From IMG/VR virus record IMGVR_UViG_2851933302_000006: a DNA stretch of 16,351 bases; one strand, given 5' to 3'. Within the stretch, counting starts at the first letter, position 1. Every line of letters begins with the position of its first letter. The position numbers were made by a program, and so were the translations under genes. The stretch comes from a virus (taxonomy: Duplodnaviria > Heunggongvirae > Uroviricota > Caudoviricetes). This document shows, piece by piece, positions 1 through 8,039 of this stretch. The notes beneath the pieces were generated by a model, which worked only from the letters and a program-made list of their open reading frames with translations, was not told the DNA's origin and made no database searches.

Positions 1-1266
1 ATGAAGCTCAGCGCCAGACAGGTCGAGACCGCAAAACCAAAAGATAAAACCTACAAAATGGCCGATGGCGGCGGTTTGTACCTTGAGGTTTCGGCCAAAG
101 GATCAAAATATTGGCGTATGAAATACAGACGCCCCTCTGACAAAAAAGAGGATCGCCTCGCTTTTGGTGTTTGGCCTACTGTGACGCTTGCTCAGGCAAG
201 AGCAAAGCGCGATGAAGCCAAAAAGCTATTAGTGCAGGGCATTGATCCAAAAGCCGAACAGAAAGAGGCTCAGGCCGAGAACTCGGGGGCATATACTTTC
301 GAAACCATTGCTCGTGAATGGCATGCCAGCAACAAGCGCTGGAGTGAAGACCATCGATCTCGCGTTCTTCGATATCTTGAGCTTTATATCTTCCCTCATA
401 TTGGTTCGTCCGATATTCGTCTACTCAAAACCAGCCACCTGTTAGCCCCAATTAAAAAAGTTGACGCTAGTGGAAAACACGACGTCGCTCAGCGCCTGCA
501 ACAGCGTGTAACGGCCATTATGCGTTATGCTGTACAGAACGATTACATTGACTCGAATCCGGCCAGTGATATGGCTGGTGCGCTATCTACAACCAAAGTG
601 CGACATTACCCTGCGTTACCTTCCTGCCGGTTACCTGAGTTTCTTGCACGTCTCGCTGCATATCGTGGTCGTGTAATGACACGGATCGCAGTCGAGCTTT
701 CCTTACTGACTTTTGTGCGTTCCAGTGAGTTACGTTTCGCGCGTTGGAATGAGTTCGACTTCGATAAAGCCCTTTGGCGCGTACCTGCAAAGCGGGAGGA
801 AATTAACGGGGTGCGTTACTCGTATCGTGGTATGAAGATGAAAGAGGAGCATATTGTTCCTCTTAGTCGTCAGGCGATGAATTTGTTAGGCCAGTTGAAG
901 CAGATTAGTGGTGATAAGAAACTGCTTTTCCCGGGCGATCATGACGCAACTAAGGTTATGAGTGAAAACACAGTAAACAACGCATTACGGGCGATGGGAT
1001 ATGACACTAAAACCGAAGTTTGTGGGCATGGATTTAGAACGATGGCGCGTGGTGCACTGGGGGAGTCGGGGCTATGGAGCGATGATGCGATAGAGCGTCA
1101 GTTAAGCCATACAGAACGAAATAATGTACGCGCGGCTTATATCCATACTTCTGAGCATTTGGACGAACGTCGATTGATGGTACAGTGGTGGGCTGATTAT
1201 TTGGAAGAGAATAAACTAAGAATGATAACACCATTTGATTACGGAAAAATATCTAATATAAAGTGA
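1..1266 (+). CDS. int: P4-family tyrosine integrase. The ORF starts at window base 1, so the true start could lie upstream.
   Basis: 421-aa ORF. The N-terminal arm-binding-like region (LYLEV...KYWRMKYR) and a C-terminal catalytic region with HGFRTMARG (HxxR) and a conserved Tyr (RAAYIHTSE) are typical of phage integrases. It sits at the edge of the element. Confidence 0.9.
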   Translation: MKLSARQVETAKPKDKTYKMADGGGLYLEVSAKGSKYWRMKYRRPSDKKEDRLAFGVWPTVTLAQARAKRDEAKKLLVQGIDPKAEQKEAQAENSGAYTFETIAREWHASNKRWSEDHRSRVLRYLELYIFPHIGSSDIRLLKTSHLLAPIKKVDASGKHDVAQRLQQRVTAIMRYAVQNDYIDSNPASDMAGALSTTKVRHYPALPSCRLPEFLARLAAYRGRVMTRIAVELSLLTFVRSSELRFARWNEFDFDKALWRVPAKREEINGVRYSYRGMKMKEEHIVPLSRQAMNLLGQLKQISGDKKLLFPGDHDATKVMSENTVNNALRAMGYDTKTEVCGHGFRTMARGALGESGLWSDDAIERQLSHTERNNVRAAYIHTSEHLDERRLMVQWWADYLEENKLRMITPFDYGKISNIK

Positions 1267-1291
1267 GTTTATAAAAATCAACTTTTGAAGC

Positions 1292-1309
1292 GGGGGGATT
1301 CCCCCCCCC
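1292..1309. terminator. G6-ATT-C9 hairpin between the convergent int and cargo genes; possible bidirectional terminator or structural element.
   Basis: GGGGGGATTCCCCCCCCC lies between the int stop (1266) and the minus-strand ORF stop (1324), flanked by repeated AACTTTT. No U-run directly abuts the stem, so terminator function is uncertain. Confidence 0.35.
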
Positions 1310-1323
1310 AACTTTTATAAAAA

Positions 1324-2217
1324 TTAAACATCTTCTCGACGTTTAGAGTTTGCGCGATATAGCGTTCTGGTTATATGGGATGTGAAATAGTCCTCATCTA
1401 AAAAATGCAATAATCTTTTTACATCTTTTCTTATTTGCGGCATTTTTATTTTTTCTAATTCACCGATTTTTTCAGTTTCTAGAACAACACCAATTTCAGC
1501 CGCCGATATTCTTAACTCAGTCACAGAGTAGTCCTCAAGTATTCTTGATTTATTAATCAAGGAAACTTTCTTTCTAATAACAGAGTCAGCAATTGTTGTT
1601 AAATCAAAACCCGGAGCTACTGAAAATTTTTCATGAGAAGAAAAACTTGTTAATTCTTCATTAGTGGCTTCTCTGAAATAAGCATCTACATCAAATATCC
1701 TGCGGAGCATATGGAAGCTTTTAAACTTTAATTCTGTACCTGCAAGAATAGCTGTTAGCTTATTGTCGATGACTATACCATGCTCAGTAGACTGGCAAAA
1801 GGTATTGCTTGCCTGAAATGGTTTTTGGAAAATTGTTCTTCTGTTATCAATAACTTGCCTTTTATCGAAGCTTTGGATTAAGGCAGTTGCAGGTTTTCCA
1901 TCCTCTTCAGGATAGCCTGAAAACAGAGCGATTATATTGAAGACTGATATTTCTTCCGGCTCCCATGGAGGGATAGTTGTGGGATTATTAATAGCATCTA
2001 ATACAGCGATAACATCATCAAAGTCAGGAATGACAAAAAACTCATCTCCACTAGTGATGTAGCCACCTGAAAATTCTACGCCTTCTGTATAGCGTTCTTC
2101 AAAAAAAGTTTTTTGTTCATTGAATAGCTGTGTGATTACATTTTGAGTCGGCCTGTCAGTAACAATTTTTACAATGCGTGTGCCAACTGTATTATCTGTT
2201 ATTGCAAACAATTCCAT
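1324..2217 (-). CDS. Hypothetical cytosolic protein, second gene of the hotspot two-gene operon; possibly KwaB-like (unconfirmed).
   Basis: 297-aa ORF that looks AT-rich by eye. It starts 8 nt downstream of the membrane-protein gene with an AGGA-type RBS. There are no hydrophobic segments and no motif I can assign with certainty. Confidence 0.7.
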   Translation of the reverse strand: MELFAITDNTVGTRIVKIVTDRPTQNVITQLFNEQKTFFEERYTEGVEFSGGYITSGDEFFVIPDFDDVIAVLDAINNPTTIPPWEPEEISVFNIIALFSGYPEEDGKPATALIQSFDKRQVIDNRRTIFQKPFQASNTFCQSTEHGIVIDNKLTAILAGTELKFKSFHMLRRIFDVDAYFREATNEELTSFSSHEKFSVAPGFDLTTIADSVIRKKVSLINKSRILEDYSVTELRISAAEIGVVLETEKIGELEKIKMPQIRKDVKRLLHFLDEDYFTSHITRTLYRANSKRREDV

Positions 2218-2225
2218 ATTTATTC

Positions 2226-2741
2226 CTATATTGCTATATATGTGTAATCAGTAAGCTTAATCAAATTAACACGATTGCCTGATGCTTTTAACAGTGGCTT
2301 TTTCGATAATATAACAAAGCTTACGCCTGTATCGTCTTCGGCTTCATAATATTTATATCCCCAAAATGATAATAATGGGTTGAAACTGTAGGAACCTGAA
2401 AAACTGATGTAAAAAAATAAACTCACAGCAAAGAAAGAAGCAATCCTAATATCCATAAATGCATCTGGACCACTGATTAAGGGAAATAAATAGGTTAAGA
2501 AATAATTTGTTATCTCCTTATCTGCTGGAGAGGCGGTAGTTAATTTTTTACTGGTTACAGAATTATATTTAATTGCGTATTTAACAATCAAAACACACAG
2601 TAAAAGTATAATTGCACACAATGATAAGTAAGCAATCATAAATTTATAGTGTTTTGATATACATGAAAGAAAAGCTAAGGTAAAAAATACCGGAGCAACT
2701 GAGCTGGCAGTAAGAAGATATTTGGCAAGCTTATTTAACAT
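2226..2741 (-). CDS. Small integral membrane protein with about 4 predicted TM helices, first gene of the hotspot operon; possibly KwaA-like (unconfirmed).
   Basis: 171-aa ORF with four hydrophobic stretches (e.g. VAPVFFTLAFLSCIS, FMIAYLSLCAIILLLCVLIV, YFLTYLFPLISG, IRIASFFAVSLFFYISF). A strong RBS (AAGGAGG on the minus strand, + coordinates 2747–2753) sits 5 nt before the ATG. Confidence 0.75.
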   Translation of the reverse strand: MLNKLAKYLLTASSVAPVFFTLAFLSCISKHYKFMIAYLSLCAIILLLCVLIVKYAIKYNSVTSKKLTTASPADKEITNYFLTYLFPLISGPDAFMDIRIASFFAVSLFFYISFSGSYSFNPLLSFWGYKYYEAEDDTGVSFVILSKKPLLKASGNRVNLIKLTDYTYIAI

Positions 2742-2915
2742 ATTATCCTCCTTATCTGCCCTGGTATCTGTATATAAAAACAGTATAACATCAATTTAAG
2801 CATCAAAGAAGATAATAAAAATCAATTAAATCATAATGATGCCTGCGTTTTTAAAGTGTGGGCTTTTGGAGGCGGGTAATGTACGCGCGTATTCCCTGGA
2901 GATTCCATTTAAAAG

Positions 2916-2931
2916 GCTACGTATGTAGCCT
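2916..2931 (-). terminator. Candidate intrinsic terminator downstream of the 103-aa gene.
   Basis: Palindrome GGCTAC-GTAT-GTAGCC, followed on the minus strand by TTTTAAAT. Confidence 0.4.
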
Positions 2932-2938
2932 CATGTAT

Positions 2939-3250
2939 TTAAGAGTACTGGCCCCAATCTCTGGCAATAAACCAGTTTGGCGTCCAGCTAACAAACTCTT
3001 GCGGATGAAAGTTTTGAGGGATTACAACTAGAGATACAATCGCTTCAGGTTGCAAACTGAGAACATGACTTTTTTTATCGCTTTCGTAATCCCAAAAATG
3101 GAATCTGTCACTTTTATCATGAGCTCTACGACTAGGACCGAAGTCCATAGGCGCAGTTAATCTTGTGATTGTCGCGTTATCTTCTTTTGAATAAAAAGTT
3201 AGCTGAATTTTTAAACAACTATGAATGGCATCAATGAATTTATCGCGCAT
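2939..3250 (-). CDS. Hypothetical 103-aa protein, orphan cargo gene adjacent to cos.
   Basis: Clean ORF with an AAGGAG RBS about 5 nt upstream of the ATG (minus strand). Composition is intermediate. No recognisable motif. Confidence 0.6.
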   Translation of the reverse strand: MRDKFIDAIHSCLKIQLTFYSKEDNATITRLTAPMDFGPSRRAHDKSDRFHFWDYESDKKSHVLSLQPEAIVSLVVIPQNFHPQEFVSWTPNWFIARDWGQYS

Positions 3251-3376
3251 ACGTTCTCCTTTGTAGTTACTAAATTAATATCCTCTATTGATAGATTATT
3301 GTGTGTGATCATTGCGGCATTTAATAAAACGTAATGAGTTCATTGTATTTTATTTATGTTATCAGCCTTGCGCGCA

Positions 3377-3395
3377 GTGCTTTCCCCGCCACGCC
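3377..3395 (-). other. cos site (19-nt cohesive-end sequence of the P2/P4 type).
   Basis: The + strand reads GTGCTTTCCCCGCCACGCC. This is the reverse complement of the recalled P2/P4 cohesive end GGCGAGGCGGGGAAAGCAC with one mismatch, and it lies immediately beyond psu as in P4. Confidence 0.7.
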
Positions 3396-3495
3396 CGCCC
3401 GCTTTGCAGGGCGGTTTTAATGCAGTTGTACTGACACGCTCAGACTGCGCCGGGAATGGCGCGGTCTGCAGAAAATGAGGCAGGGAAACGCATGC

Positions 3496-3530
3496 AAAGC
3501 CATGCACCTTATCGATGCATGGCTTTTTTC
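3496..3530. terminator. Hairpin with T-run between cos and psu; candidate terminator.
   Basis: AAAGCCATGCA...TGCATGGCTTTTTTC: a palindromic stem with a T6 run on the + strand and a weaker U-tract on the minus strand. Confidence 0.5.
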
Positions 3531-3559
3531 AGTAAAAACGGGCGGATTTTCGGGGAATT

Positions 3560-4132
3560 TTACACAGACTGACGTGATGCCAGTTGCGCACTTTTACGCG
3601 AAAAAATCATGTTCTGCGCAGGAGTGAATTTTTCACGGCTGTCATCCACCGAAGCCGCGTCAGGCCTGAATCCGATGGTCGTTAAAATGTCGCTATCCTG
3701 TGCGGAATAATTAATTTTTTCCCCCTTCGCAAGCCAGGACAGAAGGGCTTCACGCAGGGCATCTGTGGCACGCTGTATGGCACAGTTTCGGGCAATGGCC
3801 GTCAGCTCACTGTAGCCCATCAGCTCCGGTGCCAGTGCCGCCGCCAGTGCTGTGCCGTGCTGCTGCATAAAATCATTCAGCCGGTCGCGGATGCTGATGT
3901 GCTGAACGGCTTCATGCGAACGAATATAACGACCGGCGGCCTGATTCACCTGCCATTTTCTGACTTCGATAATATTGCGTAATTCGTCCAGGCGACTGAC
4001 GTTTCTGCCTTCTCCTGACAGAAGCCGCAGATATTCCTGTTCGGCCGCAGCCAGCTCATTTTTGCGTTGCAGCCATGCTGCTTTGTTATTCTGACAGGTG
4101 TCAAAGGCCTGCTGTAAGGCTGTGCTTTCCAT
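3560..4132 (-). CDS. psu: Polarity suppression protein Psu (capsid decoration / Rho antagonist).
   Basis: 190 aa, the same length as recalled for P4 Psu. It is the last gene of the sid-delta-psu operon, next to cos. Confidence 0.88.
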   Translation of the reverse strand: MESTALQQAFDTCQNNKAAWLQRKNELAAAEQEYLRLLSGEGRNVSRLDELRNIIEVRKWQVNQAAGRYIRSHEAVQHISIRDRLNDFMQQHGTALAAALAPELMGYSELTAIARNCAIQRATDALREALLSWLAKGEKINYSAQDSDILTTIGFRPDAASVDDSREKFTPAQNMIFSRKSAQLASRQSV

Positions 4133-4205
4133 CGTTATCTCTTTCTCATCATGCTGAAGAATAAAAATACGGTGTGTGGCGACGGCCGGTGTTAACCGGC
4201 AGCCC

Positions 4206-4706
4206 TCATTCCAGACGCAGCGAATATGATTGTGTTTTTAACCGTACTGGCGGCAGTTCCTGTTTTTCATGCAGGCGTTCTGCCAGTTCGTCCGGCGTGA
4301 CCGGGCGGACAATGAAACGGTTGATGGTCTGAAGCGTTTTAAACACCAGACCACAGCCCGGATCCGTGCACACATAAAAACGCTCGGTGACTTCCTGAGA
4401 CAGACGCCGCGATGTTCTTGACAGTGCAAGGCCTTTACATCTCCGACAACAATATCCGGTAACAAGCATTCTTTTCGGGCGTTTCATACTGCCGGAGGCT
4501 GACGTCAGTGAATCGCGGTATCTCTGTTTGCCTGAAATGTATTCCATTCCTGAATCTTTACTGTCAGAGAAAAAGCTTTCACTCGCTTCAAATGTCGCAG
4601 AGCAATAAATATTCCGGCACTGTGCAATCATTATCTTGGTGCCATCGTCCATGAAATGTGCGCGGCGGGTGTGAGCAACATGTCCACACGACGGGCAGTA
4701 AATCAT
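4206..4706 (-). CDS. delta: Delta late transcriptional activator (tandem Ogr-type zinc finger).
   Basis: 166 aa with two Cys4 zinc-finger units (CPSCG...C..IYC and CCRRCKG...CTDPGCG), the duplicated Ogr-like architecture. Confidence 0.9.
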   Translation of the reverse strand: MIYCPSCGHVAHTRRAHFMDDGTKIMIAQCRNIYCSATFEASESFFSDSKDSGMEYISGKQRYRDSLTSASGSMKRPKRMLVTGYCCRRCKGLALSRTSRRLSQEVTERFYVCTDPGCGLVFKTLQTINRFIVRPVTPDELAERLHEKQELPPVRLKTQSYSLRLE

Positions 4707-5437
4707 GACAGCAGTCCTCTGGCCTTAAGCTCTGCTCCCTGCTGGTCTATTTTGTCCTGCCACACCTTGCGCTGTGCCGGTGTGCCTGCCACCTCATAAT
4801 CCATGTGCGGGAGTGTTGCCGCTGACAGTCCGGTCAGCCGGAGAACCGGCTCGCCGGTGAGGCTGATTTGCATCTGTTTTATTTTCTGTTCCAGCGATGA
4901 TTTCACCTGCTGCATGACAGCCTTTTCCGGTGCGACGTAGCCCTGATGGCCGGTGGTGTTGGCGAGCGGATTTTCCTGTACCTGGATGCTCAGATGCATT
5001 GCCCGGACAAGCGCCTCACAGGTTTCATTCAGGGCGTGTTCCAGCTCATGCTCTGCATACAGACTCAGCAGGTGATGATGTGCCTTCCGGTAGGCGGTGG
5101 CCGTGCTGTCACACGCCCCTTTCAGGCGTTCACGTTCGAAATTCAGCACCACGGCCAGATTGTCATATTCCTGTACCAGCTCCCGGCGTGCCACGCGCTC
5201 AATGTGGCGCTGTTTCAGCTCGTCGCTCAGGACACCACCGGCTGCACGAAAGGCCGTGCGCCAGTCGTCAGCGTCGTTTCCGTCGGCCTGCGCCAGCGCA
5301 TTTTTTTCCTGCTCTGCCCGTTCAATGGCCGTGACGGTCTCATCCATCAGGCGGGCGTTCTCAAGATGGGCGGCTCTGGCCTTTTCCAGTTGTGCCAGCG
5401 CGGGTTGCAGATATTCAGGGATGGTGTTGTCAGACAT
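4703..5437 (-). CDS. sid: Sid capsid size-determination (external scaffold) protein.
   Basis: The ORF track gives 266 aa from an upstream ATG. The internal ATG at 5437 (MSDNTIPEY...) gives 244 aa, has a GAGGAGCCGG RBS, and overlaps the delta start by 4 nt. It is coiled-coil-like and rich in A/E/L/Q. Confidence 0.85.
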   Translation of the reverse strand: MSDNTIPEYLQPALAQLEKARAAHLENARLMDETVTAIERAEQEKNALAQADGNDADDWRTAFRAAGGVLSDELKQRHIERVARRELVQEYDNLAVVLNFERERLKGACDSTATAYRKAHHHLLSLYAEHELEHALNETCEALVRAMHLSIQVQENPLANTTGHQGYVAPEKAVMQQVKSSLEQKIKQMQISLTGEPVLRLTGLSAATLPHMDYEVAGTPAQRKVWQDKIDQQGAELKARGLLS

Positions 5438-5459
5438 TTTCCGGCTCCTCGTCACTTCA

Positions 5460-5530
5460 GGTTGAGAAAATTGTGACGTACACCGGACAACAACACGACG
5501 CATTGCAGATGTGCCAGCCCTGACACAGGA
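5460..5530 (-). promoter_or_regulatory. Psid late promoter with two Delta/Ogr-type TGT-N12-ACA sites.
   Basis: Dyads are at 5510–5527 (TGT gccagccctgac ACA) and 5472–5489 (TGT gacgtacaccgg ACA). With the sid ATG at 5437, their centres fall near -55 and -18 of a start around 5462, matching what I recall for P4 late promoters. Confidence 0.6.
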
Positions 5531-5606
5531 GACTCATCCTCAGACCGGCAAGCCAGGAAAAGGTCGCAGGAAAAACCGGCTTACTGTTTGTTTTTTTATA
5601 TTTTAC

Positions 5607-5709
5607 TGTTCACCTCTGTTCACCATAAGAAAAAAATAAGTAATACAGTAAGTTAAAGGGTGAACAATCGCAGTAATGACTGTTCACCGTCTGTTCACCA
5701 CTGTTCACC
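5607..5709. repeat. Cluster of TGTTCACC iterons (five direct, one inverted): alpha-binding replication element, either ori1 or crr.
   Basis: TGTTCACC at 5607–5614, 5617–5624, 5681–5688, 5692–5699 and 5702–5709; inverted GGTGAACA at 5659–5666. The cluster is flanked by AT-rich DNA. Confidence 0.75.
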
Positions 5710-5867
5710 CGTTGATGGGCTTTTTATGCTGTTTATTACTGTTTATTTTTATTAATTCACTGAAATAAATAAGAAAAAACAATTTGTATTTCACTATAAT
5801 TTTTTCCAGCTCCTTCCAGAGCGTTTTAAAGCTATCTGGCGCTGATGTGCAAAAAACACACAGCCAT

Positions 5868-5935
5868 TGTAAGGCTGCCGGAACAAATCCCCCCTGTTGC
5901 GTCTGCTGAAAATATTCACAAAATAAAGCGCTACC
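5868..5935 (+). promoter_or_regulatory. Candidate divergent late promoter (PLL-like) with a TGT-N12-ACA site upstream of vis.
   Basis: TGT aaggctgccgga ACA at 5868–5885, about 55 nt upstream of a plausible start near 5931. I did not find a clean second dyad. Confidence 0.4.
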
Positions 5936-5987
5936 CGAAGCCGGACGGACTTATCCGGTGCTGTATGGACATTAACGAGGTAGCTCG

Positions 5988-6254
5988 ATGCAAGCTGTTT
6001 TTTCTTCCCCGTCTCCCGCCCCTGTGACGCCACTGATGCCGCTGCCGGACATCACGCAGGAGCGTTTTTTACGTCTGCCGGAAGTGATGCACCTGTGCGG
6101 CCTGTCACGCTCGACCATCTATGAACTCATCCGTAAGGGGGAATTTCCGCCGCAGGTGAGTCTTGGCGGTAAAAATGTGGCCTGGCTGCACTCTGAAGTC
6201 ACCGCATGGATGGCCGGGCGCATTGCCGGACGCAAACGGGGGTACGACGCATGA
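5988..6254 (+). CDS. vis: Vis / AlpA-family excisionase-like DNA-binding regulator.
   Basis: 88 aa, matching P4 orf88/Vis as recalled. Carries the AlpA-type helix-turn-helix ([26 protein letters not shown]). GAGG sits 7 nt upstream of the ATG. The internal ATG at 6036 is an alternative start. Confidence 0.75.
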   Translation: MQAVFSSPSPAPVTPLMPLPDITQERFLRLPEVMHLCGLSRSTIYELIRKGEFPPQVSLGGKNVAWLHSEVTAWMAGRIAGRKRGYDA

Positions 6255-6289
6255 TGATGCCCGCTCTGCAAAAACTCCCTTTTTCTGGC

Positions 6290-6319
6290 TTGCCTTTTTC
6301 CGGCATTTGCGGATATAGT
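6290..6319 (+). promoter_or_regulatory. Candidate sigma70 early promoter (PLE-like).
   Basis: TTGCCT (6290–6295), about 18-nt spacer, TATAGT (6314–6319). The first immunity-like segment begins about 25 nt downstream. Confidence 0.4.
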
Positions 6320-6343
6320 TTTTCCGCTGCCGCAAAATCGGCA

Positions 6344-6612
6344 GCCGGGCGTGAGAACCCGAGTATGTTATCGGCGACATATGACGCGCCATGCGTCTTT
6401 TTTTGTGTCGCAATCAACGCCACAGAGCGCCAGATTATGGTGTGGCGTGTGGTTTGCCGTGCAGGTATGATCCTGTTCGCAATCGCATGTTATGCCACTG
6501 AGTCAATGGTAGCTCAGGCGGGGCAGCCTCCGGGCTGGCCGGTATCCGATAACGCCGGTATTCTCACCCCCGTCTGGGCTATCGCCATCGAGCGTGAGAA
6601 CTCCGGCGATAG
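6344..6612 (+). promoter_or_regulatory. RNA-immunity-like region: two direct segments (seqA-like, seqC-like) each complementary to an intervening segment (seqB-like, CI-RNA-like).
   Basis: 6344–6376 and 6588–6612 share GCGTGAGAAC. 6544–6571 contains CCGATAAC...TTCTCACCCCCG, complementary to both in two blocks. Confidence 0.45.
6520..6590 (+). ncRNA. Possible CI-like immunity RNA containing the seqB-like segment; boundaries are approximate.
   Basis: Position and complementarity pattern only. The processing sites cannot be determined from sequence. Confidence 0.3.
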
Positions 6613-6833
6613 CGTCATTTACGCTGTTATCGGAGGTTGCCTTATGGCTACGACCCTTACCCCCTCACACCCTGAATTTGTCTTTGTGTTTGCCGCTGTC
6701 CGTCGCGCAGACCGCCATCCCCGTATCTGTATGCTTCGCACCGTCGCCGGTGATGAACGCAGCGCCCGCCGTTCCCTTGTCCGTGACTATGTGCTCTCCC
6801 TTGCTGCCCGTCTGCCGGTGGTGGAGGTGTCCC

Positions 6834-7121
6834 GTGCGTAATAAAAAAGCCCCTCAGACCGTCTCAGCGCGTCATGACGCCCGTGAACACCTCAGCATTG
6901 AGGCTTACCATAAGCTCAACCGCGCCAGCGCCGTATCCCGGTTTGTTGGGGGTGATTTGATTCACCGTGAACTCTCCGGCCTGCATCAGCTCTACATTCC
7001 GCATATTTTCAGCTACCTGAATGAAGATATTGATTTTGTGCTGAATGAGCTGAAAGCCAAAGGCCTGTGCCGCGATTTTCTCGCCCAGCAGAAAGACCGG
7101 GGAGACAAGACGCATGTTTGA
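6834..7121 (+). CDS. epsilon: Epsilon-like protein (helper-prophage derepressor in P4).
   Basis: A GTG start at 6834 with a GGAGG RBS 6 nt upstream gives 95 aa, the recalled length of P4 Epsilon. Its stop overlaps the orf151 start. Confidence 0.65.
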   Translation: MRNKKAPQTVSARHDAREHLSIEAYHKLNRASAVSRFVGGDLIHRELSGLHQLYIPHIFSYLNEDIDFVLNELKAKGLCRDFLAQQKDRGDKTHV

Positions 7122-7569
7122 TTTTCCCCAGCCCGGTGAGATTTACCGTTCTGCCGGTTTTCCCGATGTGGCCGTGGTCGGCATTCTGGAAGACGGTATT
7201 CCGTGGGAAATGCCGTACCGCTGCCCGGACATTGTCTGGAATCCGTACCGCCGTAAATTCAGTATCCTTGTGCGTATCCTCGCTGACGGGCGCACCACAG
7301 ACATCCCGCTGGGGCGTTTTCTGCGGGAATTTACCTGTGACCGTCCTGACCTGTTCAAACGCAGCCCCGTAAACCGGCATGCGGTACTGAAAGAAATGGC
7401 CGGAGACCCGGAATTACAGAAATGGCGGGAAAAATATCTGGATATTTACCCGCAGGACACTGTTCCGGTCAGCCGGGCAGCACCGGTGGCGCGGGAATGG
7501 CGGGAAATTCCCCGCACGGAGCCTGACCCGGAAACCACCCCGGATAACAGTTACCGCAATTATCTGTAA
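7114..7569 (+). CDS. orf151-like protein, conserved P4 left-operon ORF of unknown function.
   Basis: Exactly 151 aa, in operon position between epsilon and alpha. Confidence 0.7.
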   Translation: MFDFPQPGEIYRSAGFPDVAVVGILEDGIPWEMPYRCPDIVWNPYRRKFSILVRILADGRTTDIPLGRFLREFTCDRPDLFKRSPVNRHAVLKEMAGDPELQKWREKYLDIYPQDTVPVSRAAPVAREWREIPRTEPDPETTPDNSYRNYL

Positions 7570-7704
7570 TTAAAAAACGACACCCGAAAAATTAAATGTG
7601 CGTATTCGCGCAGGGATACGCACGTCTTCAGGAGACGCAGATATGCCTTATCAGTTAATGCAACCGGCACGGAATGCAGTCATCTGTCACAGGGAGGAAA
7701 GCAA

Positions 7705-8025
7705 ATGAAAACACCCTTACCGCCCGTCTTACGCGCTGCCCTTTACCGTCGCGCTGTCGCCTGTGCCTGGCTGACCGTGTGCGAACGTCAGCACCGCTAC
7801 CCGCATCTCACCCTTGAGTCACTGGAGGCGGCCATCGCCGCTGAGCTGGAAGGCTTTTATCTGCGCCAGCACGGTGAGGAAAAAGGGCGTCAGATAGCCT
7901 GTGCCCTGCTGGAAGATTTAATGGAATCCGGCCCCCTGAAGGCCGCGCCGTCGCTGTCCTTTCTCGGGCTGGTTGTGATGGATGAACTCTGTGCCCGTCA
8001 CATAAAAGCGCCGGTACTGCACTGA
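7705..8025 (+). CDS. orf106-like protein, conserved P4 left-operon ORF of unknown function.
   Basis: Exactly 106 aa. GGAGGAAAG RBS precedes the ATG. It lies immediately upstream of alpha. Confidence 0.7.
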
Positions 8026-8039
8026 AGGAGAACAACACC

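Noticed and set aside
242-1234. Short ORFs inside int (242–445 +, 587–790 −, 1034–1234 −)
   Set aside because: They are fully nested in the integrase gene in alternative or antisense frames, with no independent support.
4930-5476. Three overlapping + strand ORFs (134, 176 and 122 aa) antisense to sid
   Set aside because: They are antisense to a well-supported gene in GC-rich sequence, have no RBS and have low-complexity Arg/Pro/Ala-rich translations. They are typical spurious antisense ORFs.
4703-5503. 266-aa version of sid starting at the upstream ATG
   Set aside because: The internal ATG at 5437 has a proper RBS and gives the expected 244 aa. The longer start would also place the coding sequence over the activator-binding dyad at 5472–5489.
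5607-5709. Possible CRISPR array, suggested by repeated TGTTCACC
   Set aside because: The repeats are only 8 bp, irregularly spaced, include an inverted copy, and recur near the alpha gene. These are replication iterons, not CRISPR repeats.
6206-6841. 211-aa + strand ORF spanning the region between vis and epsilon
   Set aside because: It overlaps the vis 3' end, the putative early promoter and all three immunity-like RNA segments, and it lies in GC-rich DNA where long spurious ORFs are common. A short kil/eta-type ORF could be embedded, but I cannot delimit one confidently.
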